Assembly: GCA_963707025.1 (NCBI GenBank)
Contig: CAVPOM010000012.1
Coordinates: 224,001 to 288,000 of the forward strand
DNA length: 64,000 bases
Direction of reading: 5' to 3'
Origin: an uncultured Verrucomicrobiae bacterium
Lineage (GTDB): Bacteria > Verrucomicrobiota > Verrucomicrobiia > Limisphaerales > Palsa-1400
The notes beneath the pieces are model-generated. The model made no database searches and was not told where the DNA came from. It saw only the letters and a program-made list of their open reading frames with translations. This document shows, piece after piece, positions 9,250 through 19,289 of this stretch; within the stretch, counting starts at the first letter, position 1; every line of letters begins with the position of its first letter. The position numbers were made by a program, and so were the translations under genes.

Positions 9250-10479
9250 TCATGCCGCCGCCACACTTCCGAGAATCACCGGCCCGAAATTCACCCGTTG
9301 CGCCTGCCGTTGCGCGTGCTCATTCGACAGATGCCCATACACCTTGCCGATCAATACGCCGCCGTCCTGGTGGCCGACCCACTTGGCAATCGTCATGAAG
9401 TCAATCCCCGACATGACGCACATGGAGATGAAGAAGTGGCGGCACAGGTGGCAGGTGAAATCAGGAATCCCCGCTTTCTCGCGCGCTTTGGTCAGGGCCT
9501 TGTTCAGCGTCACGGTAGGCGCGTCAGCATCCCCCCGGCGCGGGGAAGGGAAGATGAAGTCCGAATCCGGCTGGCGTCGTTTCGCCATGTCGAAGAGCAG
9601 CGCCTTGAGTTTGGGGTTAAAATCCACGACCCGGGCCTTGCGGTTTTTCGTCTGGCCGTCACTGCCAACGGTCAGTTGCCCATTGACCAGGTCCACACCC
9701 TGCCAGCGCAGCCGAAGCGTCTCAGACCATCTGCCGCCGCTGTAGGCCATCATTTGAATGAAGTCCGAGAGCATTTGGCCCGTCATCGGCACTTCCGCAA
9801 CAGCCGCCCGACAAATGCGGTCAATCTCATCCGGCGTGACCAACCGCCGCTTTTTGGCCTCTTGATGCAGCCACTGGACGCCCTCGATTTGCAGACCGGC
9901 CAGAAGCCCCTCAGCGACGGCGTGACGCAACACGTTGCGGAGTGTGACGATTTCCAGGTTGATGCTCCGCCCTGACATGCCCTGCCCCTTGCGCACAGCC
10001 ATGTAACGCATGACGACCGCCTTCGTGATTTCCTTTATCCGCAGTTCGCCGATCACCGACACCAGGGCGTTGATGCTTGTGCGCTCCCGGTGAACCGTGT
10101 TTGGCGTCTTGTTTTTCAACGCCTCGCAGTAATCCAGGTATTGCTTGGCGTATTCGCCAAAGGCCGGCGTGCGTTTGGGGGAGAGCTTGAGTTCCTTGTC
10201 TTCGCGTTTGCCCTTGAGCCGGTTCATCACCTTGACCGCATCGGGCACGGTGGACACCGGCTTGCCATCGGCATCCTCAAGGCGGACGCGCCGCACCATT
10301 TTCTTGCCGGTGGCCTCATCGTCAATGGTCAGTTGCGCGTAAAAGGCTTCGTTGCGCTCCCAAAGGCCCCGCACTCTGCGCTTGCGTTGGTCAAAGACCT
10401 TGGCGTATTGTCCTGAACCATGTTGATGAACTGTGACAGATTGGTTGCCGGTAGTGCTTGCGGTTGCATTGCATTTCAT
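9250..10479 (-). CDS. int: Tyrosine integrase
   Basis: SGGRWSE (R), TKN (K), HLCRH (HxxR), VGH, VYGH (Y). Confidence 0.95.
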   Translation of the reverse strand: MKCNATASTTGNQSVTVHQHGSGQYAKVFDQRKRRVRGLWERNEAFYAQLTIDDEATGKKMVRRVRLEDADGKPVSTVPDAVKVMNRLKGKREDKELKLSPKRTPAFGEYAKQYLDYCEALKNKTPNTVHRERTSINALVSVIGELRIKEITKAVVMRYMAVRKGQGMSGRSINLEIVTLRNVLRHAVAEGLLAGLQIEGVQWLHQEAKKRRLVTPDEIDRICRAAVAEVPMTGQMLSDFIQMMAYSGGRWSETLRLRWQGVDLVNGQLTVGSDGQTKNRKARVVDFNPKLKALLFDMAKRRQPDSDFIFPSPRRGDADAPTVTLNKALTKAREKAGIPDFTCHLCRHFFISMCVMSGIDFMTIAKWVGHQDGGVLIGKVYGHLSNEHAQRQAQRVNFGPVILGSVAAA

Positions 10480-10487
10480 GCCGTAAC

Positions 10488-10510
10488 ACTAGCACAACCA
10501 CTAGCACAAC
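10488..10510 (+). repeat. Integrase arm-type direct repeat pair (right end), overlapping the int promoter
   Basis: ACTAGCACAAC twice, 12-bp period, inside TTGACG-18-TAGTGT on the minus strand. Confidence 0.75.
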
Positions 10511-10560
10511 GTCAATTTAAATATTTCGTTTGCGTCGTAAGTGCTTGCAAATGAACGGTT

Positions 10561-10617
10561 GGCAGGATAGCTCAGTTGGTAGAGCAGAGGACCGAAAATC
10601 CTCGTTTTCCGGCACCA
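10561..10617 (+). pseudogene. Defective tRNA-Phe(GAA)-like sequence at the element boundary
   Basis: GGCAGGA TAGCTCAGTTGGTAGAGC A GAGGA CCGAAAA TCCTC: D arm and anticodon arm present, C at position 33, no T arm (no GTTCGA). Confidence 0.85.
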
Positions 10618-10636
10618 ACCAAGCCACAATGCCTCC

Positions 10637-11593
10637 ATGAGGAAGCGGTTCCGCAACGTAGTGATACTTTTTGGGGTTTGTGGTCTTAGTGCGGCGGGAT
10701 TATATGCCCTCTATCCCCGGGAGCCATCTTTCGAGGGAAGGCGCTTAAGCGAATGGATTCTGACCGCGCATGATAAAGAGCCGGGGCCGGAAAAAGAAAA
10801 AGCTCTCACAGTGGTCCGCCAATTGGGGCCTGAATCAATTCCCTTGTTTTTGCATTGGCTCCGAAGTAATGAGGGTCCGTCATGGAATGAAAGAGTTCAC
10901 GACGCGGAATCATGGTTAGTGGCGCATCGCCTTCTCAAACCTCATCCAATTGGAGGCACTGGCAGCGGCCCCGGCCACCGCCTCATTGCTGAATATGCGT
11001 TGGCTGAGCTCGATCCGGCAGGAAAGAGAGTTGTCATGCCCGTGCTCATCAGGATGCTCGGAGACAAGAAACACAAACCAGACGAATCCAGTGAAACAGC
11101 CGGAACCGCGTTCCTGGTTTTGCCCAAAATGGCGCCCGATTCAATTGCCCCGTTGATTGACGCTCTTGCCAGTCAGGATGTCCAAGTCTGGATGCTGGCC
11201 GCAGGCGCACTCGGAAACATCGGCCCCGATGCAAAGGCGGCCATCCCCGTACTGGAAAAAAGGCTCGCGGATAACGATGTCCACACGAGGGTGGGCGCGG
11301 CGGAAACCATTGTCAAACTTGGGGGCGATCCCGACAAGTTTATCCCCGTTGTAATTCAAAGTTTGCTGGAGGTGAAACGGGACAACATGGATTACTCCCT
11401 GGATATTTTGGTTCGTTACAAAGAACATGCCAAGGCCGCTGTTCCCGTTCTCTTAACTATTTTAAGTAATACCCCTCAATCCAGCAACTCAACTAACAAT
11501 GCTCTCCGTAATGGTGTAATGAATGCCCTCCACGAAATCGATCCCGGAGCTGCCGCCAAAGCTCAACTGCCACAACAATCGAATGACAATTAA
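10637..11593 (+). CDS. Membrane-anchored HEAT-repeat protein
   Basis: N-terminal TM, REPSFEGRRLSEW, repeats such as AAGALGNIGPDAKAAIPVL. Confidence 0.85.
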   Translation: MRKRFRNVVILFGVCGLSAAGLYALYPREPSFEGRRLSEWILTAHDKEPGPEKEKALTVVRQLGPESIPLFLHWLRSNEGPSWNERVHDAESWLVAHRLLKPHPIGGTGSGPGHRLIAEYALAELDPAGKRVVMPVLIRMLGDKKHKPDESSETAGTAFLVLPKMAPDSIAPLIDALASQDVQVWMLAAGALGNIGPDAKAAIPVLEKRLADNDVHTRVGAAETIVKLGGDPDKFIPVVIQSLLEVKRDNMDYSLDILVRYKEHAKAAVPVLLTILSNTPQSSNSTNNALRNGVMNALHEIDPGAAAKAQLPQQSNDN

Positions 11594-11651
11594 CATTCCC
11601 GGTGAAATCGGTGCCGGACCTTGTTTTCAAATTGACGTCTTCACCGCATTT

Positions 11652-13526
11652 TTAGCCGGCGCTAACGTAAGGTGGGGAGGTGAAGGAATCGTCGGCGAAG
11701 ATCTGGCGAGGATAGGTTTGGAGGTAGGAGGCGATTTCGGCGAGGAAGGCGGCGCCGTATTCGGCCAGCTTTTTCTCGCCCACACCGCTGATGCGCATGA
11801 ATTCATCGCGGCCGGCGGGGTAGTAACGCGCCATCTGCCGCAGGGCCACGTCGGAAAAAACGATGTAGGCGGGCAGGTTTCTCTCGTCGGCCAGCCGCTT
11901 GCGCAAGCGGCGCAGTTGCTCGAACAGCGCCTCGTCGCAGGCGATTTCTCCGGCGCGGGCGCGCCTTTCCGGGGCGGCGGGAGCGGTCACGGGTTGTGTC
12001 AATATTATCGTCCGGCGGTCGCGCAGGGCGGCGCGGCCCTCGGAGGTCAGCTCCAGCACGCTGAACTTTTCCGCCGCCTGGCGCAGGTAGCCCAGGCGGA
12101 TCAATTCGCGCCCAATGGCCTGCCATTCCCCGCGGCTGTGCTCCCCGCCAATGCCGTAGGTGGACAGGGTTTCGTGCCGCCAGCGGCGGATTTCCTCCGA
12201 ATCCGCCCCGGTCAAAATCTCGACGATGCGGTTCAAACCAACGCCGAAGCCGCTTTTTTGCGCGACGCGGAAAACGCAGGAGAGAAACTTGAGGGCGGCC
12301 TGGGTGCCGTCGAAGGTGGCGCGCGGGGAAAGGCAATTGTCGCAGCCGCCGCAGTTGCCGCCCGGAAAAGTCTCGCCGAAGTAGCGCAACAACTCGGCGC
12401 GGCGGCAGGCGGAGGAATCGGCGTAATGGACGATTTGCTGCAATTGTTCGCGGGCGACGCGCTGTTCGGCGGGCGGTTTTTCCTCGATGAACCCTTGCTG
12501 CTTGATGGCGTCGCCGGCGCTGAAAAGCAAAAGGCACTCGGCCGGGAGGCCGTCGCGTCCGGCGCGGCCGGTTTCCTGGTAGTAGCCCTCGATGTTTTTG
12601 GGCAGATCGTAATGGATGACGAAGCGGACGTTGGATTTGTTGATGCCCATGCCGAAAGCGATGGTGGCGCAAATGACGCGGACTTCGTCGCGCAGGAAAA
12701 GTTCCTGGTGCTCGGTGCGCTCGCCCCGGGCCAATCCGGCGTGGTAGGGGCGGGCGGGAATGTTGTTTTCATTGAGCTGGGCGGCGAGGGCGTCGGCCCT
12801 ATTGCGGCTCTGGCAATAAATAATTCCGCTGTCGCGCGGGCGGGAACGGAGGAACTCAATGACCTGCCGGGAGGGTTTGGCCTTCATGACGACGCGATAG
12901 GTCAGATTGGGGCGGTTGAAGCTGGCGACGAAGCGGCTTGCCTCGCGCAAATGCAGTTGTTCGACAATATCCTCGCGCACGCGGGCGGTGGCGGTGGCGG
13001 TCAGCGCCATCATGGGCACGCCGGGAAAGAGCGGGCGCAATTGGGAAAGCTGCCGGTATTCGGGCCGGAAATCATGGCCCCATTCGCTGATGCAATGGGC
13101 CTCGTCCACGGCGATCAAATTGACTTTCCAGCGCTGGAGATCGTCCAGGAAACCGGGGAGCATGAGCCGTTCGGGGGCGGCGTAGAGGAGGCGGTATTGG
13201 CCTTGATGAAGGCCGCGAAGCCGCGGGCGCGATTCCCCGGCGGCGAGGGAGGAATTGAGGAAGGTGGCGGCGATGCCGGCGGCCTGGAGCGCGTCCACCT
13301 GGTCTTTCATCAGGGCGATCAAGGGCGAAACGACGACGGTCAGGCCGGGCCGGAGGAGGGCGGGCAGTTGGAAGCAGAGCGATTTGCCGCCACCGGTGGG
13401 GAGGAGGGCAAAAACATCGCGTCCGGCGAGGGTGTCGCCAATGATCTCGCGCTGGAGCGGGCGAAAGGAGGTGAAGCCGAAAAACTTTTTCAGCGGCGCG
13501 AGCAAGGCACTTTCATCCGGGTTCAT
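11652..13526 (-). CDS. recQ: DNA helicase RecQ
   Basis: PTGGGKSLCFQ, DEAHCISEWGHDFRPEY, QETGRAGRDG, RQC cysteines, HRDC domain. Confidence 0.97.
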   Translation of the reverse strand: MNPDESALLAPLKKFFGFTSFRPLQREIIGDTLAGRDVFALLPTGGGKSLCFQLPALLRPGLTVVVSPLIALMKDQVDALQAAGIAATFLNSSLAAGESRPRLRGLHQGQYRLLYAAPERLMLPGFLDDLQRWKVNLIAVDEAHCISEWGHDFRPEYRQLSQLRPLFPGVPMMALTATATARVREDIVEQLHLREASRFVASFNRPNLTYRVVMKAKPSRQVIEFLRSRPRDSGIIYCQSRNRADALAAQLNENNIPARPYHAGLARGERTEHQELFLRDEVRVICATIAFGMGINKSNVRFVIHYDLPKNIEGYYQETGRAGRDGLPAECLLLFSAGDAIKQQGFIEEKPPAEQRVAREQLQQIVHYADSSACRRAELLRYFGETFPGGNCGGCDNCLSPRATFDGTQAALKFLSCVFRVAQKSGFGVGLNRIVEILTGADSEEIRRWRHETLSTYGIGGEHSRGEWQAIGRELIRLGYLRQAAEKFSVLELTSEGRAALRDRRTIILTQPVTAPAAPERRARAGEIACDEALFEQLRRLRKRLADERNLPAYIVFSDVALRQMARYYPAGRDEFMRISGVGEKKLAEYGAAFLAEIASYLQTYPRQIFADDSFTSPPYVSAG

Positions 13527-13670
13527 CCGAGCGAATGATAAAGGACAAATGATGAAGTAAAATGATAAACAAAGGGAAGCCGGGAAGCGATATTACGTTG
13601 GAATTGGGGAGTGGTTTTGGTCCGCGAAATGAAGCGAACCCCGAACGCTGGACGGGGCGGTTCCGCCGCC

Positions 13671-13730
13671 GCCCGGCGTGGCCGAGCTTCCGCCGTCGTT
13701 AAAACTTTGGCGGACGAGATGGCGGACAAG
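13671..13730. repeat. Nested 30-bp palindromic repeat
   Basis: Inner TCCGCCGTCGTTAAAACTTTGGCGGACGAG (13689-13718) inside a degenerate outer copy ...GAGCT|ATGGCGGACAAG. Confidence 0.75.
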
Positions 13731-13791
13731 GGAGTATTTTGCCGGTGCTTTTTCGTTGCAAAAATTGGACGATGAACCATGATGATTCCTA

Positions 13792-16676
13792 ATGAACCTC
13801 GCCGCGCCACAGAAGCCCTGTTCTTTGAACCCGCATATTGAAATCCGGCCATATCCTGCCCGCCTTCAATCATCGTCATGCTGGCGCAGCGTCCTGGCTT
13901 TGTTGGCCGCGCCTTTGGCGGCCGGACTGTTGGCGGGATGCATGGGTTCGCAGGGCGGCGGCGGCGCCGCTCCGACGACCCCGGCCGATGGCCTGGGCGA
14001 AGTGACTCTGGGGGCAGGCTGGCAGATGCAGGAAGCGGGCCAGGTGGCGGAGACCCGTGGCGAAGCCATCTCCCAGCCCGGCTACGCGCCCAGGAATTGG
14101 CATCCCGCCACCGTGCCGGGGACGGTCCTGACAACGCTGGTCAACAATAAGGTTTATCCGGAACCGCTCTGGGGCGAGAACAATCGTCCCAACCTCATTC
14201 CAGAGACGCTTTGCCGCAGCTCCTATTGGTACCGCGTCCCGTTCACCGTCCCGGCCAGCCATGCCGGCAAACGGACCTGGCTGAATTTCCACGGCATCAA
14301 CTACATGGCCGAGGTCTTCGTCAACGGCCACAAGGCGGGCGACATCAAAGGCGCGTTTGTGCGCGGGCTTTTTGACGTGACGCCCTTCGTGCAGCCCGGC
14401 GCGGCGGCAGTGCTGGCCGTCCATATCCTGCCTCCCCTGCATCCTGGCAACCCGCAGGAACAAACCGTGGAACTGGGGCTGGGACCCAATGGCGGCGATT
14501 TGACGCAGGACGGGCCGACCTTTGTGGCCTCGGTGGGCTGGGATTGGATTCCGGCCATTCGCGACCGGGAGATGGGCCTTTGGCAGAAGGTCACCCTCAC
14601 CTCCAGCGGCCCGGTGGTCTTGCGCAATCCGCTCATCACTTCCGATTTGCCCCTTCCGCGAACCGACTCGGCGGATTTGAATCTTGAAGTCACGGTGAAA
14701 AACCTGACCGACGCGCCGCAAACCGGCCTGCTGCGCGGCTCCTTCGGCGGCGCCAGCTTCCAGGTGCCCGTCTCGCTTGCCCCCGGGGAATCCAAGCTTG
14801 TCAAGTTGACGCCTCTGGAAACGCCGCAGTTGCATGTCCCCAACCCGCGCCTGTGGTGGCCCAACGGCTACGGCGATCCCAGTTTATACACCATGCGCTT
14901 GCGGTTTGAGGTTGGCGGCGGGATTTCCGACCGTCAAGATTTCAACTTTGGCATTCGCAAAATTCAGGTACCGAAGTGCCGGACTCGGAGTTTCTCACCC
15001 TCTCGGTCAACGGGGTGCGGGTCTTCTGCCAGGGCGGCTGCTGGGGATTTGACGAGGCCTTGAAACGCAGCCCGCGCCCGCGCCTGGAAGCCCAAATCCG
15101 CTTCCAGAAGGAAGCCCATTACGTCATGCTCCGCAACTGGGTCGGCCAAAGCACCAGCGATGATTTCTATGACCTGTGCGACCGCGCCGGGCTGATGGTC
15201 TGGGACGAATTCTTCGAGGCCAACAAGAGCGATGGTCCGGCCGCGACCGACGTGGACCTCTATCTGGCCAACGTCCGCGACAAAGTGCTGCGCTATCGCA
15301 ATCACCCTTGCATCGCCCTGTGGTGCGGACGCAATGAGAGCGACCCGGCGCCGCCGGCGCTGGCCGCGGGCGTTTCCAACTTGATGAAGGAATTGGAGCC
15401 GTCCCGGATTTACCATGCCAACTCCGACGAAGGCCACGGCGTGCATTCCGGCGGGCCATATTCGTGGCGCCCGCCCGCCGCCTTCTACAATTACCCCACC
15501 TCGGGACGGGGCGTGGAAGTGTTCAAGACCGAGATCGGCTGCGTCTCCATTCCGACCCGGGAGAGCATCCTGGCCTGGATGCCGGAGAAGGACACGGCTT
15601 CCTTTCCCAACGACGATTGGGCCGAGCATGATCTGGCCCGCGGCAACAACAACGGCGATACTTACGTCAGCACGATTGGCGCGCGCTACGGCAACCTTTC
15701 CGGCGCGAACTTCTCCCTGGCCAAATTCGTGCATGAGGCGCAAATGGCCAACTACGAGGCCTACCGCGCCCTCTATGAAGGGCGGGAGGCCAAATTATTC
15801 ACCGGCAGCACGGCGGCCCTGACCTGGATGAGCAACCCCGCCCAACCCAGCACCTGCTGGCAGATTTACAGCTATGACCTCGAACCGTTCGGCTCCTTCT
15901 TCGGCGCCCGCAAAGCTTGCGAACCCGTCCACGTCATGATGAATCAAGCCACTTTCGAACTCATGGTCATCAACCAGACCCCCAAAGCGCTGAGCGGCTT
16001 GACGGCTCGCGTCCGCGTCATCAATATGGACGGCTCCGTCGCCAGCGACAAGGCCACCCCGGTTTCCGCCCAACCCAGCAGCGCCACCCACCTTGGAGCC
16101 ATTGAGTTTCCGGCCGGCCTCTCCGCCGTGCATTTCGTCAAAACCGAACTCCACGACGCGCACGGCCGGCTGGTTTCAGACAACTTCTACTGGCGCGGCC
16201 TTAGCCCCAACGATCTCACCGCGCTGAACGACCTTCCGCCCGCCCCCATTGAAGCCAAGATACGCCGTTACGATGCCACACCCGCAGCAACCCCATCCCC
16301 GCCAGGGTGGAACCGCTCAGCCCCCATTGAAGCCCCTGTCCGCCATCCCGATGCCGCCGGCAAATGCCTCCTCGACGTCACCCTCTCCAACCCCTCCCAA
16401 GTCGTGGCCCTGATGACTCACATCCAACTGCGCAAACAACATTCCAACGAGCGCGTGCTGCCCGTCTATTACGACGACAACTACATCTCGCTCTTGCCGG
16501 GGGAGAGCAGAACCATCCATGTGGAAGCGGCCTCCAAGGATCTGGGCGGGGACAATCCCCTGATCGTGGTGGACGGCTGGAATCCCGTCGTGCAGAGCCG
16601 CAGCTTCAGCGGCGGGGTGAGCATCGCGCCCAACACCCCCGCCCTGGTCATCAGCGCTCCCGCCGCCAAACTCTAA
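13792..16676 (+). CDS. GH2 glycoside hydrolase (exo-beta-glucosaminidase/beta-mannosidase-like), probable lipoprotein; frameshift near 14968
   Basis: LAGC lipobox, ATVPGTVL, WDWIPAIRDR, FGIRK, DRAGLMVWDEF, WCGRNE; ORFs 13792-15063 and 14976-16676 join; start uncertain. Confidence 0.9.
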
Positions 16677-16696
16677 TCAACCTTAAGGCCTTGTTT

Positions 16697-17695
16697 ATGA
16701 ACACTAAATCCAATCGCAGAAGTTTCCTGAAAAAATCGGCCGCCGCCACCCTGTCGGCCCCGCTTATCATGAGCCTGGAAGAATACGCGCTGGCAGGCCA
16801 GGGCAGCGCCGCCGCGTCGCCCACGGCCGCGCCTTCCTCCAAGGCCACGCTGCCCGCCGGCATGATTGGCAAAGTCAAGGTCAGCCGGCTGATCTGCGGC
16901 GGCAACCTCATCAACGGCTACGCTCATAGCCGCGACTTGATTTACGTCTCTTCCTTGCTCAAGCACTATTTCACCGACGAGAAGATCATCGAAACCTGGT
17001 CCCTCTGCGAGCAGCACGGCATCAATACCATGATTCTCTTCCCTGGGGATCCGCAAGCGGTCAGCCTTTACCAGAAATATCGCGCCCAGGGGGGCGGCAT
17101 TCAGTATCTGGCGCAAATCGCCCCGGACAAGGACGATCTGAAAACCGAGGTGCTGCGCGCCCGGGACGCCGGGGCGGTGGGCGCCTTTCTGGTGGGCAAC
17201 CTGGGCGATGCCTGGACGCGCGAAGACGGCCTCCAGTTGATCGGCCAGTTGCTGTCCAATATCAAGGCGCAGGGCCTGATTGCCGGCATGGCCGCCCACG
17301 AGCTGCGCAGTGTCCAGGCCGTCGAGAAGGCCGGTCTGGCCCCGGATTTTTACATGAAGACCCTGCACGACACCAATTATTGGTCCGCGCGCCTGCCCGA
17401 CCAGCTCCAAGAGGTGATTGATAATTACGCCACGGACAACTACTGGTGCAAAGATCCCAAGGAGACGATCGCTTTCATGTCCGAAGTCGCGCGCCCCTGG
17501 ATCGCCTATAAGGTGCTGGCGGCGGGCGCGATCAATCCCCGCTCAGGATTCAACCATGCGTTTGAAAATGGCGCCGATTTCGCCGCCGTGGGCATGTTCG
17601 ACTTTCAGATTGCCGAGGACGTTGCCGCGGCCAATGCGGTTCTGAAAACGACGCAAAACCGCGACCGAAAATGGTACGGCTCAAATAACGTGTGA
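16697..17695 (+). CDS. Tat-exported aldo/keto-reductase-like protein
   Basis: SNRRSFLK twin-arginine signal; KVSRLICGGN; IAYKVLAAG; GMFDFQ. Confidence 0.75.
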   Translation: MNTKSNRRSFLKKSAAATLSAPLIMSLEEYALAGQGSAAASPTAAPSSKATLPAGMIGKVKVSRLICGGNLINGYAHSRDLIYVSSLLKHYFTDEKIIETWSLCEQHGINTMILFPGDPQAVSLYQKYRAQGGGIQYLAQIAPDKDDLKTEVLRARDAGAVGAFLVGNLGDAWTREDGLQLIGQLLSNIKAQGLIAGMAAHELRSVQAVEKAGLAPDFYMKTLHDTNYWSARLPDQLQEVIDNYATDNYWCKDPKETIAFMSEVARPWIAYKVLAAGAINPRSGFNHAFENGADFAAVGMFDFQIAEDVAAANAVLKTTQNRDRKWYGSNNV

Positions 17696-17950
17696 TGCAA
17701 GGAGAGAACTTCGCCGACGAATTCGCCCTCTACGCCATCCATCTTTACAAGCTTTCACCATAAGGCCCTGGCGCCCTTCGCCCTGGGTTTGCCGGAGGGC
17801 AGGAGTCTGGCAGTCCATTCAACCTGTCCTTGAACCCGTGTCATCAATTGGCCGCGCTGGCGGCGCGCCGGGCCGCCCCAAAGCGGCTGCCGTTATTATT
17901 CATCATGGCTCCCCACCCCGGGGCCAGCAAAAAATTCCCGAAAAGAGGGC

Positions 17951-17979
17951 TTGCCAAGCGGGCGGGGACTGACTACCTT
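17951..17979 (+). promoter_or_regulatory. Sigma70 promoter of the rpsP operon
   Basis: TTGCCA-17-TACCTT. Confidence 0.55.
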
Positions 17980-18059
17980 TCCCAACTATTTTGCGGACGC
18001 CGTGTGGACGGCGGGCGGTAATAACCCGTGGCTCCGCGCCGCCACGCAATGACAAAATT

Positions 18060-18311
18060 ATGGCAGTCAGAATTCGCATGAAGCGGGTGGGAGCCAAGAA
18101 TGCTCCTTATTTCCGCATCGTGGTGGCCGATTCCCGCAGTCCCCGCGACGGCAAATTTATCGAGGAGATCGGCACCTATCAGCCCCGCAAAAAGGGGGAG
18201 AATGTGCAGGTGGATGTGGAACGGGCCAAGTATTGGATCAGCAAAGGCGCGCAACCCAGCGGCACGGTTTCCAGCTTTTTGAAGAGACTGGGCAAGGCGG
18301 CGGCAGCTTGA
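18060..18311 (+). CDS. rpsP: 30S ribosomal protein S16
   Basis: MAVRIRMKRVG...YFRIVVADSRSPRDGKFIEEIGTY. Confidence 0.98.
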   Translation: MAVRIRMKRVGAKNAPYFRIVVADSRSPRDGKFIEEIGTYQPRKKGENVQVDVERAKYWISKGAQPSGTVSSFLKRLGKAAAA

Positions 18312-18324
18312 TCTTTACCGGCCT

Positions 18325-18570
18325 ATGCAAGCGTTCCTGGAATTTGTCGTCAAAGGATTGGTGGATCATCCCGAACAAGCCACGGTCACTCCGGTGGTCA
18401 AGGATGCGCTGACGATTTATGAGGTGCGCCTGCATCCGGACGACGTGGGAAAAGTGATCGGACGCCAGGGCATCACGATCAACGCCATCCGCTCGCTCCT
18501 GCTGGCCGGCAGCGCCAAGAAGGGGCAGCGTTGCACCATGGAAATCGTGGAGGACAAACCGCGGCCCTGA
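18325..18570 (+). CDS. khpA: KH-domain RNA-binding protein
   Basis: [17 protein letters not shown]; position after rpsP. Confidence 0.93.
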   Translation: MQAFLEFVVKGLVDHPEQATVTPVVKDALTIYEVRLHPDDVGKVIGRQGITINAIRSLLLAGSAKKGQRCTMEIVEDKPRP

Positions 18571-18605
18571 GGCCGCGGACGCCGCGAGGGCGCCCCGGCG
18601 CGAGC

Positions 18606-19289
18606 ATGAAAATTGAGGTGCTCACCCTGTTCCCGGAAATGTTCACCGGGCCGATGGACGCCAGCATCATCCAGCGGGCGCGCCAGACCGGATTGTTGGA
18701 TTTGCGCGTGCATAATTTGCGCGATTATGCGCGCGACCATTACAAATCGGTGGATGACCGGCCCTTCGGGGGCGGGCCGGGAATGGTGCTGAAATGCGAG
18801 CCGGTTTTTGCGGCTCTGGAGGCGCTGGCCGGCGCGGAGACGCGGGTGGTCTTGCTCAGTCCGGCCGGACGGCTCTTCCGGCAGACGGTGGCGCGGGAAT
18901 TGGCGGCCTGCCCGGCTTTGCTTTTTATTTGCGGGGCCTACGAGGGTGTGGATGAACGCATCTGCCAGGAGTGGGTGGACGACGAATTGTCCGTGGGCGA
19001 TTATGTGCTGACCAACGGGACGCTGGCGGCCATGGTGGTGATTGACGCGGTGACGCGCCTGCTGCCCGGGGCGCTGGGCGATGAGCAGAGCGTGGTGGAC
19101 GAATCCTTCAGCCGGGGGCTGCTGGAGTATCCCCACTATACGCGGCCGGCGGACTTCCGCGGGATGAAAGTGCCGCCTGTCTTGTTATCGGGCAACCACG
19201 CGGCGATTGAGAAATGGCGCCGGGAACAGGCCCTGGCGCGCACGGCGCAACGGCGGCCCGATTTGGCCGGGAAAGATCAGATTTTATGA
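18606..19289 (+). CDS. trmD: tRNA (guanine37-N1)-methyltransferase
   Basis: [42 protein letters not shown]. Confidence 0.98.
   Translation: MKIEVLTLFPEMFTGPMDASIIQRARQTGLLDLRVHNLRDYARDHYKSVDDRPFGGGPGMVLKCEPVFAALEALAGAETRVVLLSPAGRLFRQTVARELAACPALLFICGAYEGVDERICQEWVDDELSVGDYVLTNGTLAAMVVIDAVTRLLPGALGDEQSVVDESFSRGLLEYPHYTRPADFRGMKVPPVLLSGNHAAIEKWRREQALARTAQRRPDLAGKDQIL

Larger units (their letters stand above)
2982..10598. mobile_element. Integrative element with tyrosine integrase and rolling-circle Rep
   Basis: CCGAAAA core at 2982-2988 and 10592-10598; arm-type repeat pairs at both ends; int-HTH-HTH-rep module. Confidence 0.75.

Noticed and set aside
7237..10479. Complete inovirus or microvirus prophage
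   Set aside because: No capsid, coat or morphogenesis ATPase genes inside the boundaries
10561..10617. Functional tRNA-Phe
   Set aside because: No T arm, C at position 33, and poor acceptor-stem pairing
11523..13538. Long antisense ORFs (also 1431-2768, 22859-24922, 35132-36424, 39391-40560)
   Set aside because: Shadow frames opposite clear genes in GC-rich DNA
14960..14980. Programmed frameshift or phase variation in GH2
   Set aside because: No slippery tract; fits the window-wide insertion-error pattern
17695..17880. Four-helix-bundle gene relic (MQGENFADEFALYAIHLYKL)
   Set aside because: Resemblance is too short and weak to support without a search
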